From: Porphyridium purpureum
Taxonomy: Eukaryota
Length of the DNA: 34,628 bases
Assembly (NCBI GenBank): GCA_008690995.1
Contig: VRMN01000013.1
Location: forward strand, 372,001-406,628
Direction of reading: 5' to 3'
Position 1 is the first letter of the stretch. Each line of letters starts with the position of its first letter. Positions 11,877 through 21,947 of this stretch are shown here, piece by piece. The notes beneath the pieces were generated by a model. It was not told where the DNA came from and ran no database searches. It saw only the letters and a program-made list of their open reading frames with translations. A program made the position numbers and the translations under genes.

Positions 11877-12370
11877 CATATGGTAGGTTGATGTTAAAAA
11901 ACATTAAAAAATTGTTTACTCAAGTATGCTACAAATGTGTCATTCAAGATGGATATGGAATGATAGCCCTTGCTCACGCGCTCACAACGATGTGCTTTGC
12001 ATGTGAAACGGTGATTGTATGGCTGAGATATCTGACTGTAAGTACCTTTGCAGTGGGTACGCCATTCGCAATGGTGGGTACATGATCCGCAGCCATAGGT
12101 CCGGCATCCGCATATGCTGAACCCCTCAAATCACGGGTGCCAGCAGAACTTCTACCCTAGAGGTACAGTATCTTCATACTGGGGACGCGGTATCCGCTTA
12201 TGATGGGCGTGCCAGCCGCAGCATGTGTACAGTCACGCGAAACATGGTGGAAACGTGATTTGCAGGGTGGGTACGTGATCCGCAAGGTGGGGACGCCAGC
12301 CGCAAGGTTGGTACGCGAGCCGTAAAGTGGGTACGTGATCCGCATGTTGGGTCGAGTTAAAAAGTGTACC
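11877..12370 (+). repeat. Module A copy 1 (494 bp) with internal 20-bp periodic GTGGGTACGTGATCCGCA motifs
   Basis: Aligns ungapped to 18698..19191 with about 19 mismatches by manual count (about 96%). Confidence 0.95.
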
Positions 12371-12613
12371 CCTAGTATCCATTTTACTACTGAAACCGAA
12401 GTGTGCTTAATCGCGTTGCGTAGGACCGAGCCAATCACAGCAAAAGTTTTCTTATTACATACACCTACATGATTGCATTCGTATTTTTACCAGAGCGGAG
12501 TAGTTTTCGCGCCACAACAAACAGAAGTTTTGTCGGGAGTGGGATGTGGGTATCCGGCCGTACGAAGTGCGCGGATGGCGGAAGCGAGCGTGGGGCCATT
12601 TTGATCAGGTCGG

Positions 12614-15600
12614 ATGGTATTTGCTTGTTCCAAGGGATGCGCGGCCGTTTTTGTTCGTGCCAGCGATTGCCGCCTCCACGAGCAGAAGTGTGTCCAACTT
12701 GACGAGTTAGTGTGGGGCTTAGTGTGCCCTCAATGCTCTCTCGCAAAACGATTTCCGAAAAACAGCGAGCCCGACAATGGACAAAGCAGAAAGGCTAAGA
12801 AGGCTCTCAAACGACACATAACACGGGTACACAAAGTCAAGGCGGACGGTTTGGAAGAGGCGTTTTTGAAAACATTTCAAGCTTATTGTACCCAGTACGG
12901 TGTCGAAAGGACCGCAGCGACCGCGCAGACTCGGCTGGTCTATGCGGTATTACACACGGCGAATAGAGAAACGCTTACGCATTCTTCGCTGCAGTCCGTG
13001 ACGCAAGAAATGGAAGACGCAAACCGAAGTGCTGGTGAGAGCGAGGTGGGCATGCGGGTGCTGTGTGGAACTGCGACAGGAGAGGCCATCGTCAAGCTAC
13101 GATGGTTTGAATCCGAGGCGGACATGCAGGATGCGTTTTCAAGGCAGGTTGGCGATGTGACAGACTGTGCGCGTGCGGCCGTGAAGTCGTGGTTGAACAT
13201 TGCCCGGTATTCAATCAATCAAGTGTTGAAAACACGTGCCGACGTGCTGAGACTACCGATACAGGGGAAAAGTACGATTGAATATACTGATGATATCTTC
13301 AAGTATCGTTTACTACCCGCGCTGGAGAAGAGCACAATTTCAAACGCGCTACAGACTTTCACTCAGGTCGTTGAGTTTTACGCGCTGCACGCGCTCAACA
13401 AGTCATTTGAAACCTTTGCGGAGGAGTACAGAGCAAATAATCCGACCGGAGACGAAAGCGACGCGCACGCGGTGCAAGCGCTTATCGTGCGGAACGGCTT
13501 GGAGGATTGTCCGGATGGCCGGACAAAACGCTTTCGTGCGATTGAGTTTCTCCGGTCGCATGCTTTGCATAAAGACTCGTGTGGCCGCCTTGGTCTCAAC
13601 TCGCTTTACAAGCTGGCGAAGCTGTCAAGCTATCAGTTGTGGATGTTGCGAGCCACAGCAGTGACAGAGTTGTACAAGAAGAGTCAAGCATTCCAGCTTG
13701 TCGCGGATCGCGGTTTTGATCTACTCGCTCTGAACGGGTCTCGGCTAAGTGGCCCTCTGTACATGACGCAGAGCATTCTGTGCGCGTCAAAGCCGTGCGG
13801 TGACGATCACGCCGAGTGGCTACTGATTGTGCGGACAGATACAAGTTTGGATACCGGGAATGACAGTGGAAGGTATTTCTTACAGCACCGTGCAAGCGGA
13901 GTACCGGTTCTCCCGTCCGTATTCGGTGTTCTTTACTACAGGTGCGTGCATAGAGCGCGGGACATTCTGGCCAAATTGTTTCCTGAGATGGACGGCGCTC
14001 TGGGTATTCATCTTGACGGCGGTCAAGTGGAAAATGTTATTCAAGGATACTTGTATTGCAAGGCACGGTCGCGCGGGATTAAACGTGTGACGGCATCAGA
14101 GGTCGCGCAAAAAGTTTGCGGTGCCTCGCGCGAGATTAGAAATGAGCTCAGTATATGCTCGCTTCTCGCACTACAAGCAGCGTGCATGCCTCTGCGGTCA
14201 TCATCTTCTCAGCAGGGAATTGTTCTTTCGAGCAGACATCAAGGGCATTCGCTCAAAAACTTGGGTGAAAACGTCGTCAGTGTTGTGGAAGTGGTGGTGA
14301 AAAACAGGCACAAAGCATTTGGAGTACCGCTTGTGGAACGGTTGCCGACGACGGCGGTATCTGATTTGTTCGTGATCTTGCATTGGACGGCGGATTTCTT
14401 CCTGCGCCACTGTGAAAAGGAGCATTTGGAATTCATCACCCCACTGAATTTTGCGTCAGCTACGCAAGTGAGCAAAGATGTAGATGTGTCTGAGCAAGCC
14501 TCGGACATGATGGGGCGCAAAGCTCAGGAAAAAACGCTCTTTGCACTTACCGGGGTGCCAATGACGGTTGGAGAATTTCGCAAGCTAGCATCGCACGTCC
14601 TGAAGCGCGAACCAGCGGCATTCGCAGACGTCCTTGGGCTTGACACCATGGCGCTTCACAGCGAAGCTCAGAAGGCGCTCGCTCTGAAGTTAGGACACAC
14701 CGTTTCTACAGACGAAGTATGGTACAATTTGGCTCTGAATGTTGACGAGTGCCTCTGGTTCGAAAGAGACACGCGCAATGCGTGGCTGACTTTAGTTGGT
14801 ATCGAAGACGAGCGTCTCCCTTTGGAGCTTCAGAACATGTGTTTCGCAGAGGTGGTTCGAGCAGTTCCAGATCTTGGTACCCCACACAAGGCTCTGCAAA
14901 GTGTGTTCGGTATTGATGCAGCATTTCAGACAGAGGGTCAAGAGCAGCTGCTTCGTTCTGTCTGGGAAGGACATGATACAGCAGCCCAGCTGCGCTGCGG
15001 TGCCGGCAAGAGTGCCTCTTTTCTGTGTGCGGGCCGTCTAGCTGAACGCGTGGGCCGCATTGTTCTTGTATTGACACCCATGCGTGCTGCAAGTGACGCA
15101 GCTATCGCGCAGGCAAGATCTTGTGGTATTGAATGCTTCGATATCGAAGATCTGCGTGCTGGCAGCGCCGCGCATCGGGGTGGTATTGTGGTCTTGTCTT
15201 TCGATCAAGTTCAGACGGGTAGAAATGTACTGAGTGTGCTGGAAAAGATTGTGGCAAGAGTCATTCTTGCAGTAGTTGATGAGGCTCACATTGTTTGCGA
15301 GCATACGAGCTTTCGCGCGTCGATGCAGGCAGGACTGCTTGGTATGCGCCTTGCTGGAATTCAGCGCGTATACTTGAGTGCCACGTTGACGATGGACGTA
15401 GCTGACTATGTTGCGAAAGTTCTGTGGTCTCCAGAACCGCAATTTGTAACAGACTCTGAGGTTCTGCCTCCGATCTCCAAGTTGTCTGTGTCCCCACTGA
15501 ACGATGAGTCAAGGCTTGCCCTGCACGTGCGCGTGGAAAAGGCTTCAGTGGAGGGAACAAGAGTTCTCATTGTTGTGCCAACCAAAAAACTGGTCGAAGA

Positions 15601-16819
15601 TGAGTATTTGCGGCTTGTGGATAATTTCCCCCAGCTGGGCGACAGAATTGGTATGATCACAGCAGATACTGAAAGCGTCGCGCGTGAGAGAGCCAAATTA
15701 TGCACAGTCATCGTCGGAACGTCCACCGTCGGATTAGCCCTAAACCTCGAAAATACTTGCGTAGTCGCAGTGCTTTATGCTACATTCTCGATTGCGCAGT
15801 TGGTCCAAGCGTGGGGCCGTACCGGCCGGCGGACAAGTCTCTCGCATACGCCAGAGTGCTTTTTCTGGTTTGACCCGAACGTAGCCAGCGCACTGCAGAG
15901 GAGCACTATTGCGCAAGATGTGCATCGACCGGCGTGCTTGACACACCCCATGTACTCGATGCAAGCTGTGGAAAAGTTTTACGACGAATGCCGAAGCAGG
16001 CCGAACGCTGTAATTCGTGAGCAGCTAGTGAAATTGTGCATCGAGCGTGCGGACAGGTATTCAAGTCTTGTGTCAAGTGAAAGCAGCCTGCCGAATGTAT
16101 CCAACTCTGAGAATGTGCAGATGACTCCGGTTCGCAAAGTGCACACGGCTACGCGCGACGAGCAATTAACGGCGAGCATCTCGAACTCAGAGCGTCCTTT
16201 TATGACGCTTCTGCAAGCAGACCTTAGCAGTGTACACGGGCTGAACGGGTCACGGGAGGACGCAACGGAAGGTGTGCGTTCGTTGAAAAGGGCACGAGTA
16301 CACGCACCGGAAGGTGTGCGTTCTGTATCATTAGCCGTGGTTTGTGCGACGAGTAAGGGATGGCAGCGGATATGGTCCACGGCTGTGGAGCGCTGTCCAT
16401 TCTGTGGTTTAGCAGCGTGCTCCGGTAGTTGCTATCGGCCTGTGACTTGCATGCAGTGTGGCAAGATTGGGAACATGCACAAGCACACTGCTCATGCGTA
16501 TATCAGATTGCATATACCTCCCAGAGCCCCTTCGAGTGGACTCTTTTGTGTGGCGTGCCTAGCTCCCAATCATTGGACTGCCGGTGTCTTCATCGACAAG
16601 GAGTTGCACGCGTCTCTGACGCGAGCGCAATCAAGCACTGGGATTCAGCGTCCAGGCCTTCTCAAAGCACGAATAGAGCATCTGTATTTGGCTCATCGCC
16701 ATCGGCAGTATCCTCATCTTGCCCTGGATGCTTATTTTAAGTGGCTTGTAGAGGTTGACACTGCAGGGATAACAAACGCAATGAAGGCGTTAGCGCAGAT
16801 GGACTCTGTCTTGTCGTAA
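12614..16819 (+). CDS. Zn-finger / tyrosine-recombinase-like / RecQ-like SF2 (DEAH) helicase / Cys-rich Zn-finger fusion protein (telomere-linked-helicase-like architecture)
   Basis: Helicase motifs CGAGKS, LTPMRA, VVDEAH, LSATL, VGTSTVG and QAWGRTGR. Upstream MPLR(528)...EFRK(R656)...LGH(695)TVSTDEVWY(704). N-terminal CPQC...HITRVH. C-terminal CPFC...CMQC...CVAC. Confidence 0.88.
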   Translation: MVFACSKGCAAVFVRASDCRLHEQKCVQLDELVWGLVCPQCSLAKRFPKNSEPDNGQSRKAKKALKRHITRVHKVKADGLEEAFLKTFQAYCTQYGVERTAATAQTRLVYAVLHTANRETLTHSSLQSVTQEMEDANRSAGESEVGMRVLCGTATGEAIVKLRWFESEADMQDAFSRQVGDVTDCARAAVKSWLNIARYSINQVLKTRADVLRLPIQGKSTIEYTDDIFKYRLLPALEKSTISNALQTFTQVVEFYALHALNKSFETFAEEYRANNPTGDESDAHAVQALIVRNGLEDCPDGRTKRFRAIEFLRSHALHKDSCGRLGLNSLYKLAKLSSYQLWMLRATAVTELYKKSQAFQLVADRGFDLLALNGSRLSGPLYMTQSILCASKPCGDDHAEWLLIVRTDTSLDTGNDSGRYFLQHRASGVPVLPSVFGVLYYRCVHRARDILAKLFPEMDGALGIHLDGGQVENVIQGYLYCKARSRGIKRVTASEVAQKVCGASREIRNELSICSLLALQAACMPLRSSSSQQGIVLSSRHQGHSLKNLGENVVSVVEVVVKNRHKAFGVPLVERLPTTAVSDLFVILHWTADFFLRHCEKEHLEFITPLNFASATQVSKDVDVSEQASDMMGRKAQEKTLFALTGVPMTVGEFRKLASHVLKREPAAFADVLGLDTMALHSEAQKALALKLGHTVSTDEVWYNLALNVDECLWFERDTRNAWLTLVGIEDERLPLELQNMCFAEVVRAVPDLGTPHKALQSVFGIDAAFQTEGQEQLLRSVWEGHDTAAQLRCGAGKSASFLCAGRLAERVGRIVLVLTPMRAASDAAIAQARSCGIECFDIEDLRAGSAAHRGGIVVLSFDQVQTGRNVLSVLEKIVARVILAVVDEAHIVCEHTSFRASMQAGLLGMRLAGIQRVYLSATLTMDVADYVAKVLWSPEPQFVTDSEVLPPISKLSVSPLNDESRLALHVRVEKASVEGTRVLIVVPTKKLVEDEYLRLVDNFPQLGDRIGMITADTESVARERAKLCTVIVGTSTVGLALNLENTCVVAVLYATFSIAQLVQAWGRTGRRTSLSHTPECFFWFDPNVASALQRSTIAQDVHRPACLTHPMYSMQAVEKFYDECRSRPNAVIREQLVKLCIERADRYSSLVSSESSLPNVSNSENVQMTPVRKVHTATRDEQLTASISNSERPFMTLLQADLSSVHGLNGSREDATEGVRSLKRARVHAPEGVRSVSLAVVCATSKGWQRIWSTAVERCPFCGLAACSGSCYRPVTCMQCGKIGNMHKHTAHAYIRLHIPPRAPSSGLFCVACLAPNHWTAGVFIDKELHASLTRAQSSTGIQRPGLLKARIEHLYLAHRHRQYPHLALDAYFKWLVEVDTAGITNAMKALAQMDSVLS

Positions 16820-17567
16820 GCACGGACCGCTGGGAATGATGCTCATCAGTGAAAGACACGACTCTACGGCGCTTCACCGTACACTGAAGTTGCTGCGCTT
16901 CACTTTGGGTTGCTTGCAGTGGGATACTGGTCAGCATCGCTGCATTGTTACACGTGCAATGAACGCCATCAAAACCATTTTGACATTGTGCAAGAGTGCT
17001 AGATTTCAGTGCGCGACCAGTGCGTGGGCGACCATTTGGAGCTTGCTAGCTTGGACGATTCCGTTCATGAAATGGCTGAAACGTGCGAGGCTTGTGTATG
17101 AAGAGACCTTCTGCTCGACCCTTTAGTCTGTATGTGTGGGCGACATTACAGCACTTGGAGCAAGTGCGGTGGCCCGAAGATAAGCCTTGACTGGTGCGCG
17201 AGAACTTGTTTATTGCTTGCTCTCACGAAGACATCTTTCTGCGTACGACTTGGAGTCACGCTCCGGCAACTGTCGCATGTGAGTACGATATTCGCAGCAG
17301 TGTGCGATTGCGTTCTGACACGACCCGCCGTGCAGAACATGCCAAGCTCATCACTTTCGGCATGGAGCTGTCAGAAAGCCGGTCAACCAGGTACGAGAAG
17401 CGCAATTTGATGTTCCCGCTGCTTGAACACTCTTCGTCTGCTCTGTAGGTCCGTCACCATCATCAGACCCACTGTCAAGTCATGGCAATACGCAAACCGT
17501 TCTCCAGTCTCTCAGAACACCCATCTCCAGCGGTCATGCATGCCCGAGCAGGCGGTGCTCCGAGCCG

Positions 17568-17773
17568 GCAGTGCCTCTGCTCTGGCCGCTATGCAGCGTC
17601 GCAGTGCCTCTGCCCTGGTCGCTATGCAGCGTCGCACTGCCGGTGCCCTGACCGCGATGCAGCGTCGCACTGCCGGTGCCCTGACCGCGATGCAGCGTTG
17701 CACTGCCGGTGCCCTGACCGCTACGCAGCGTCGCACTGCCGGTGCCCTGACCGCTACGCAGCGTCGCACTGCC
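17568..17773. repeat. 33-bp minisatellite, 6 full copies + partial
   Basis: GCACTGCCGGTGCCCTGACCGCTATGCAGCGTC-like units at 17568, 17601, 17634, 17667, 17700, 17733 and 17766. Confidence 0.92.
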
Positions 17774-17878
17774 TCAATCGCTGGTTCCCACACGACGTGC
17801 AGCCGCTCGCGCGAACACTCCACTCAGCTCGTCCACTGCTTGCGATAGATCACCACCAGGTTACTCGCGAGTGATGCG

Positions 17879-18140
17879 GGTGAAAAGTAAAGTAGAGTAG
17901 ATTGTCCGAAGTCCGAAGTTGTGCTGAGTTACTGTAAAATGATGCTGTTTTAATGTGAAAACATTTTACTGTCGAATTTTGTGTCCAAAGTTGACTTTTC
18001 ATGGGTAAATGGCAGTGTTTTAGGATGAGGAATTTAGCATAGAAAAACGAATCCTAGAGCATAGTAAAACAGTAGTATTTTGATAGTGTGTTTGAGCATA
18101 GAAAAAAGGCATTGAAATGTGATAAAGTGCGTGTTCAGTT
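17879..18140 (+). repeat. Module B leader copy 1 (AT-rich, 5'-shortened), followed by a GC-rich tract
   Basis: Shares GAGTAGATTGTCC..., GTTGACTTTTCAT.GGT.AATGGCA.TGTTTTAG and GCATAGTAAAACAGTA..ATTTTGATA...GCATTGAAATGTGATAAA with the copies at 19190, 20405 and 28436. Confidence 0.8.
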
Positions 18141-18425
18141 GGCGCTGAAACCAATTACCCGATTAGAGCGGATCAGCGCTAATGCGGGCGTAGAGCGAAG
18201 TGCTGGCGTGGGGCGAAGGCGCGCGGGCGCAGTGGGGCGGCGTGAGTGGGCGCGGCGTGCGCAGCGCGCACCCGAACGCGCAGTAATTAGGTACGATGGA
18301 GCGCGCGGTGGGCGCGGTGGAGCGCGACGTGCGCGGCCAGCGCTCGCGGGCACGGGTGGTGGGTGGGGATGGGCGCGGACGGGCGCAAGTGGTGGGACTC
18401 GATGGGATCCGGTAAAGCGTGCTTG

Positions 18426-18700
18426 AGCGCGGCGGCGTGAAGAAGAGGCCGCCGCTGCCGAGCACGCTCGACACGAGAACGCGTGAGCTTTGGCCGCACA
18501 ATACGCCGACGCTGCCGAGCACGCTCGACACGAGAACGCGCGAGCTTTGGCCACACTTTGCGCCGCTGCCGCCGAGCAAGCGCGCCGTACGGGTGAGTGT
18601 CGAGATCTTGCTGGATAACGCGCCGTTGCCGCGGAGCACACGCGCCATGAGCAGGTGCGAGATGTTGTCCAACAACGCGCCACTGCTACGGAGCAGGCAT
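18426..18700 (+). pseudogene. Fragment of AAEQARR-type coiled-coil repeats (cargo 1)
   Basis: Reads ARRREEEAAAAEHARHENA*...AAAAEQARRTGECRDLAG*; resembles 9080..9180. Confidence 0.6.
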
Positions 18701-19191
18701 ATAGTAGGTTGATGTTAAAAAACATTAAAAAATTGTTTACTCAAGTATGCTACAAATTTGTCATTCAAATTGGATATTGAATGATAGCCCTTGCTCACGC
18801 GCTCACAAAGATGTGCTTTGCATGTGAAACGGTGCTTGTATCGCTGAGATATATGACTGTAAGTACCTTTGCAGTGGGTACGCCATTCGCAATGGTGGGT
18901 ACATGATCCGCAGCCATGGGTCCGGCATCCGCATATGCTGAACCCCTCGAATCACGGGTGCCAGCAGAACTTCTACCCTAGAGGTACAGTATCTTCATAC
19001 TGGGGACGCGGTATCCGCTTATGATGGGCATGCCAGCCGCAGCATGTGTACAGTCACGCGAAACATGGTGGATACGTGATTTGCAGGGTGGGTACGTGAT
19101 CCGCAAGGTGGGGACGCGAGCCGCAAGGTGGGTACGCGAGCCGTAAAGTGGGTACGTGATCCGCACGTTGGGTCAAGTTAATAAGTGCACC
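18698..19191 (+). repeat. Module A copy 2 (494 bp)
   Basis: Direct repeat of 11877..12370, offset 6821 bp. Confidence 0.95.
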
Positions 19192-19565
19192 ATAATAAAA
19201 TGGTGTTGATTTGCTACAAGTGAGTACAACAACGATACTGTACAGTTGCACAGGGGAAAAGAAGAGTAGATTGTCCATAGTCCAACGTTGCGTTCTGCAT
19301 AGTACCACGGTATCGTTTTAATATGAAAATAATTTACCATAGCGGTTCGTGTCCATAGTTGCCTTTTTTATAGGTGAATGGCATTGTTTTAGGCTGAAAG
19401 ATTTAGCATAGAAAGACGACCCCCAAAATGGGTGGTAATGCATTACATAGGCATCCCGAATTCGCGGTGAATAAGCATAGTAAAACAGTATCATTTTGAT
19501 ATGATACCCGAGCATAGCAAATTACCATTGAAATGTCATAAAATGCGCATCAAGCTGGACTCAGG
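19190..19565 (+). repeat. Module B leader copy 2, followed by a GC-rich tract
   Basis: Starts CCATAATAAAATGGTGTTGATTTGCTA; collinear with 20405..20785. Confidence 0.88.
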
Positions 19566-19852
19566 ACAAAGTGCCTGTTGCGCGATCAGCGGGTGGTGCG
19601 GGCGGCGGGGTGAGAGACGTGGAGCGCGAACGGTTGGGCGCGGGCGCGGGCGCAGGCGCGGGGCGCAGTCAGGCAATGGAGCGCGGGCACTTAGCGGGCG
19701 GGCGTGGGCGCGGGCGCGGGCGAGCCTGGGGCGCGGGCGCGCGGGCAGGCGATATGGGCGCAGGTGGTCGGGCGGTGGGGCGCGTTGGGGCGTGGGCCGG
19801 CAAGGAGAAATGGGATTGTCTTGGGAAGTAGAGTGGGATCGCGAAGTGCGAA

Positions 19853-20129
19853 ATGGACCTCGCTGCAGCGCAGCAGGGTGAAGGAGAGGCCGCTTTCACG
19901 GAGCATGCGAGCGGCGAGAAGGAGAAGCAAGATTTGCGGCGTACTGCGCCGCCGCCGCCGAGCAAGCGTGCCGAAAGGAGGCGCAAAATTCGCCGGACAA
20001 TGTGCCGGTGCCGTGGAGCATGTGCGGCGCGAGGAGGTGCGAGGTGATGTTGCACAACGCGATGGCGCAGCCGCCGCCGAGCAAGCGCGCCACAAGGAGG
20101 CACGGGATTCGCCGCACAACGGGCCATAG
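19853..20129 (+). pseudogene. Fragment of AAEQARR-type coiled-coil repeats (cargo 2)
   Basis: Frameshifted AAAAEQAC...AVEHVRREEVRGDV...AAAAEQARHKEARD; similar to cargo 1 and 9080..9180. Confidence 0.55.
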
Positions 20130-20215
20130 ACGTGGTGAATGACGAGTGTCTTATTTATTACATATCTCGGCTTCTATGCGTCTTGAAAACATGTTTCACT
20201 TATCGTTCGATGCAG
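20124..20215 (+). repeat. Module C copy 1 (92 bp, starts CCATAG)
   Basis: Identical to 22230..22321. Confidence 0.95.
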
Positions 20216-20297
20216 CTTGTCCCTCTGTGCCCGCTCCAATCATTACGTGCTCGATACCTTCCTCCGTTCTAGAGATATTTGAAATTTTCTATTTTTT

Positions 20298-20402
20298 GAG
20301 GGGGGCCTCGAAGAGCTATGAGGGGGGCCTCGCGGAGCTATGGAGGGGGCCTCGAGGAGCTATGGAGGGGGCCTCGCCAAAATTTTGGGGGCCTCGAAGA
20401 GC
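20298..20402 (+). repeat. 22-bp periodic GGGGGCCTCG motif, 5 copies
   Basis: GAGGGGGCCTCG..GAGCTATG-like units ending just before GCATAG at 20405. Confidence 0.9.
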
Positions 20403-20404
20403 AA

Positions 20405-20785
20405 GCATAGTAAAATGATGCTGATTTGCTATGAGTCAGTACAGCAACGATACTGTACAGTTACAGAGGTGAAAAGAAGAGTAGATTGACCATAATCCGA
20501 CGTTGCGTTTTGCACAATAGAGTGGTATCGTTTTAATATGAAAATATTTTACTATAGACGCTTGTGTCGATAGTTGACTTTTCATAGGTGAATGGCACTG
20601 TTTTAGCATAGATGCTGCAGCATGGAAAAACGACCCCAAAAAAATGACAGGTAATGCATTACAAAGGCATCCCGCGTTGGTTGTGAATGAGTATAGTAAA
20701 ACAGTATCATTTTGATAGTGTACCAGAGTATAGCAAATTGGCGTCGAAATGTGATAAAATGCGCATCAAGCTGGACTGAGGACGC
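20405..20785 (+). repeat. Module B leader copy 3, followed by a GC-rich tract
   Basis: Starts GCATAGTAAAATGATGCTGATTTGCTA; collinear with copy 2. Confidence 0.88.
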
Positions 20786-20940
20786 AGTGCCCGTTGAGGG
20801 ATCGACCGGCGGTGGGGGGCGGTGGGGCGAAGGAGGAGCGCGGGCGGTAGTGGGGCGGGGTGGGCGCAGGCGCGGGCAGGCGCGGGCGGGCGCTGGGGTG
20901 CGGCGGTACGCGAGTGGTGTCGGGCGGTGGCGTCGCGCGC

Positions 20941-21709
20941 GTCGGCCAGTGACGACTGGGCAAGATTTTGGCTGGCGGCTCGCACGGCACGAGCCAGCAC
21001 TTTGAGCAATGCGCGAGATTGGGGCGCGCAGCAGCTGAGAAATGACACACGGAAGCCATGATTCAGCTTGTCCGCGATAACCACCATTAGCGTTGGCGCT
21101 GAGCGCCAAGGCGCAGACGGCGCTGGACGCCACGGAGCAGACGGCGCTGGACGCCACGGAGCAGACGGCGCTGGGAACCATGGAGCAGACGGCGCTGGGC
21201 GCCACGGAGCAGACGGCGCTGGGCGCCACGGAGCAGACGGCGCTGGGCGCCACGGAGCAGACGGCGCTGGGCGCCACGGAGCAGACGGCGCTGGGCGCCA
21301 CGGAGCAGACGGCGCTGAGCGGCAAGCGGTTTGTCGATGAGAATTAGGTGGAGCACGAGTGTGGGGCTCAGGCATTTGCGGGTTACGCCCGTGAGGCAGC
21401 CATCGAAGAGCAGGCTCGTCTCGTCGCGAAGACCACGCAAACGGTCGACGCCTGTTTGCAGCGCGAATTACGCTATTTTTGTCGAGAGGATGTGGGCGGG
21501 CTGCCGCACCCCATGTGCAAAGAAGTCGGGTGGTTGCGCAAGGCCGCAGAGGACGGCAACGCGTGGGCACCGTTTTATCTGAGCGATTGCTACGTCAGCG
21601 GGCTGGGCGATCTGCCGGAGGTCGAGTTCGCGGCGACCGAGAGGTTGCGCAAGGTCGCGGAATAGGGAGGCGCAAAGGTGCAGTGCAGTTTGGGCGCTTT
21701 GCAACTTGA
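20941..21709 (+). pseudogene. Sel1-like repeat gene fragment (cargo 3), paralogous to the kinase tail
   Basis: 20941..21076 aligns at nucleotide level with 8689..8824. Later it reads WLRKAAEDGNAWAPFYLSDCYVSGLG...LRKVAE*G. Confidence 0.75.
21111..21317. repeat. 24-bp minisatellite (EQTALGAT), about 8.6 copies
   Basis: GAGCAGACGGCGCTGGGCGCCACG units; a single-copy counterpart (ALETEEQTAL) lies near 8929..8958. Confidence 0.92.
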
Positions 21710-21947
21710 GCGCTTCTCATTAAGGTGGGCACGGCAGTCCGCGCGAGAGCGAGCTCGTAACAGGCGAGTGGTGGCGCAAGGACGCGGAGCAAGAAACAGC
21801 TACAGAGCTATAAAATTTACACGCTTGTAAACGTAGTCTTGAAGACAGTCTGCCCAAATACAGGCGCGACAGCTGCGAAAGGGGTGAGAGCAGGTGCGCA
21901 TGAACACTCGTGAGCACAACTGAGCGCAGGTGAGCATGAGCATGAGT

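Larger units (their letters stand above)
11876..19194 (+). mobile_element. Putative YR-helicase mobile element bounded by 494-bp direct repeats
   Basis: Direct repeats A1 and A2 enclose an intact 1401-aa YR-like/helicase ORF; the outer ends fall on CCATA at 11876 and 19190. Element boundaries are inferred. Confidence 0.5.

Noticed and set aside
12614..16819. Helitron RepHel or housekeeping RecQ
   Set aside because: The helicase is SF2 DEAH rather than PIF1/SF1, no HUH motif is visible, and no RQC/HRDC-like tail is evident.
16836..17450. Short ORFs after the helicase as a second element gene
   Set aside because: Fragmentary, stop-ridden and without recognisable motifs.
11877..19191. Module A pair as retrotransposon LTRs
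   Set aside because: No gag, RT, PBS, PPT or TG...CA ends, and no flanking target-site duplication beyond the CCATA word.
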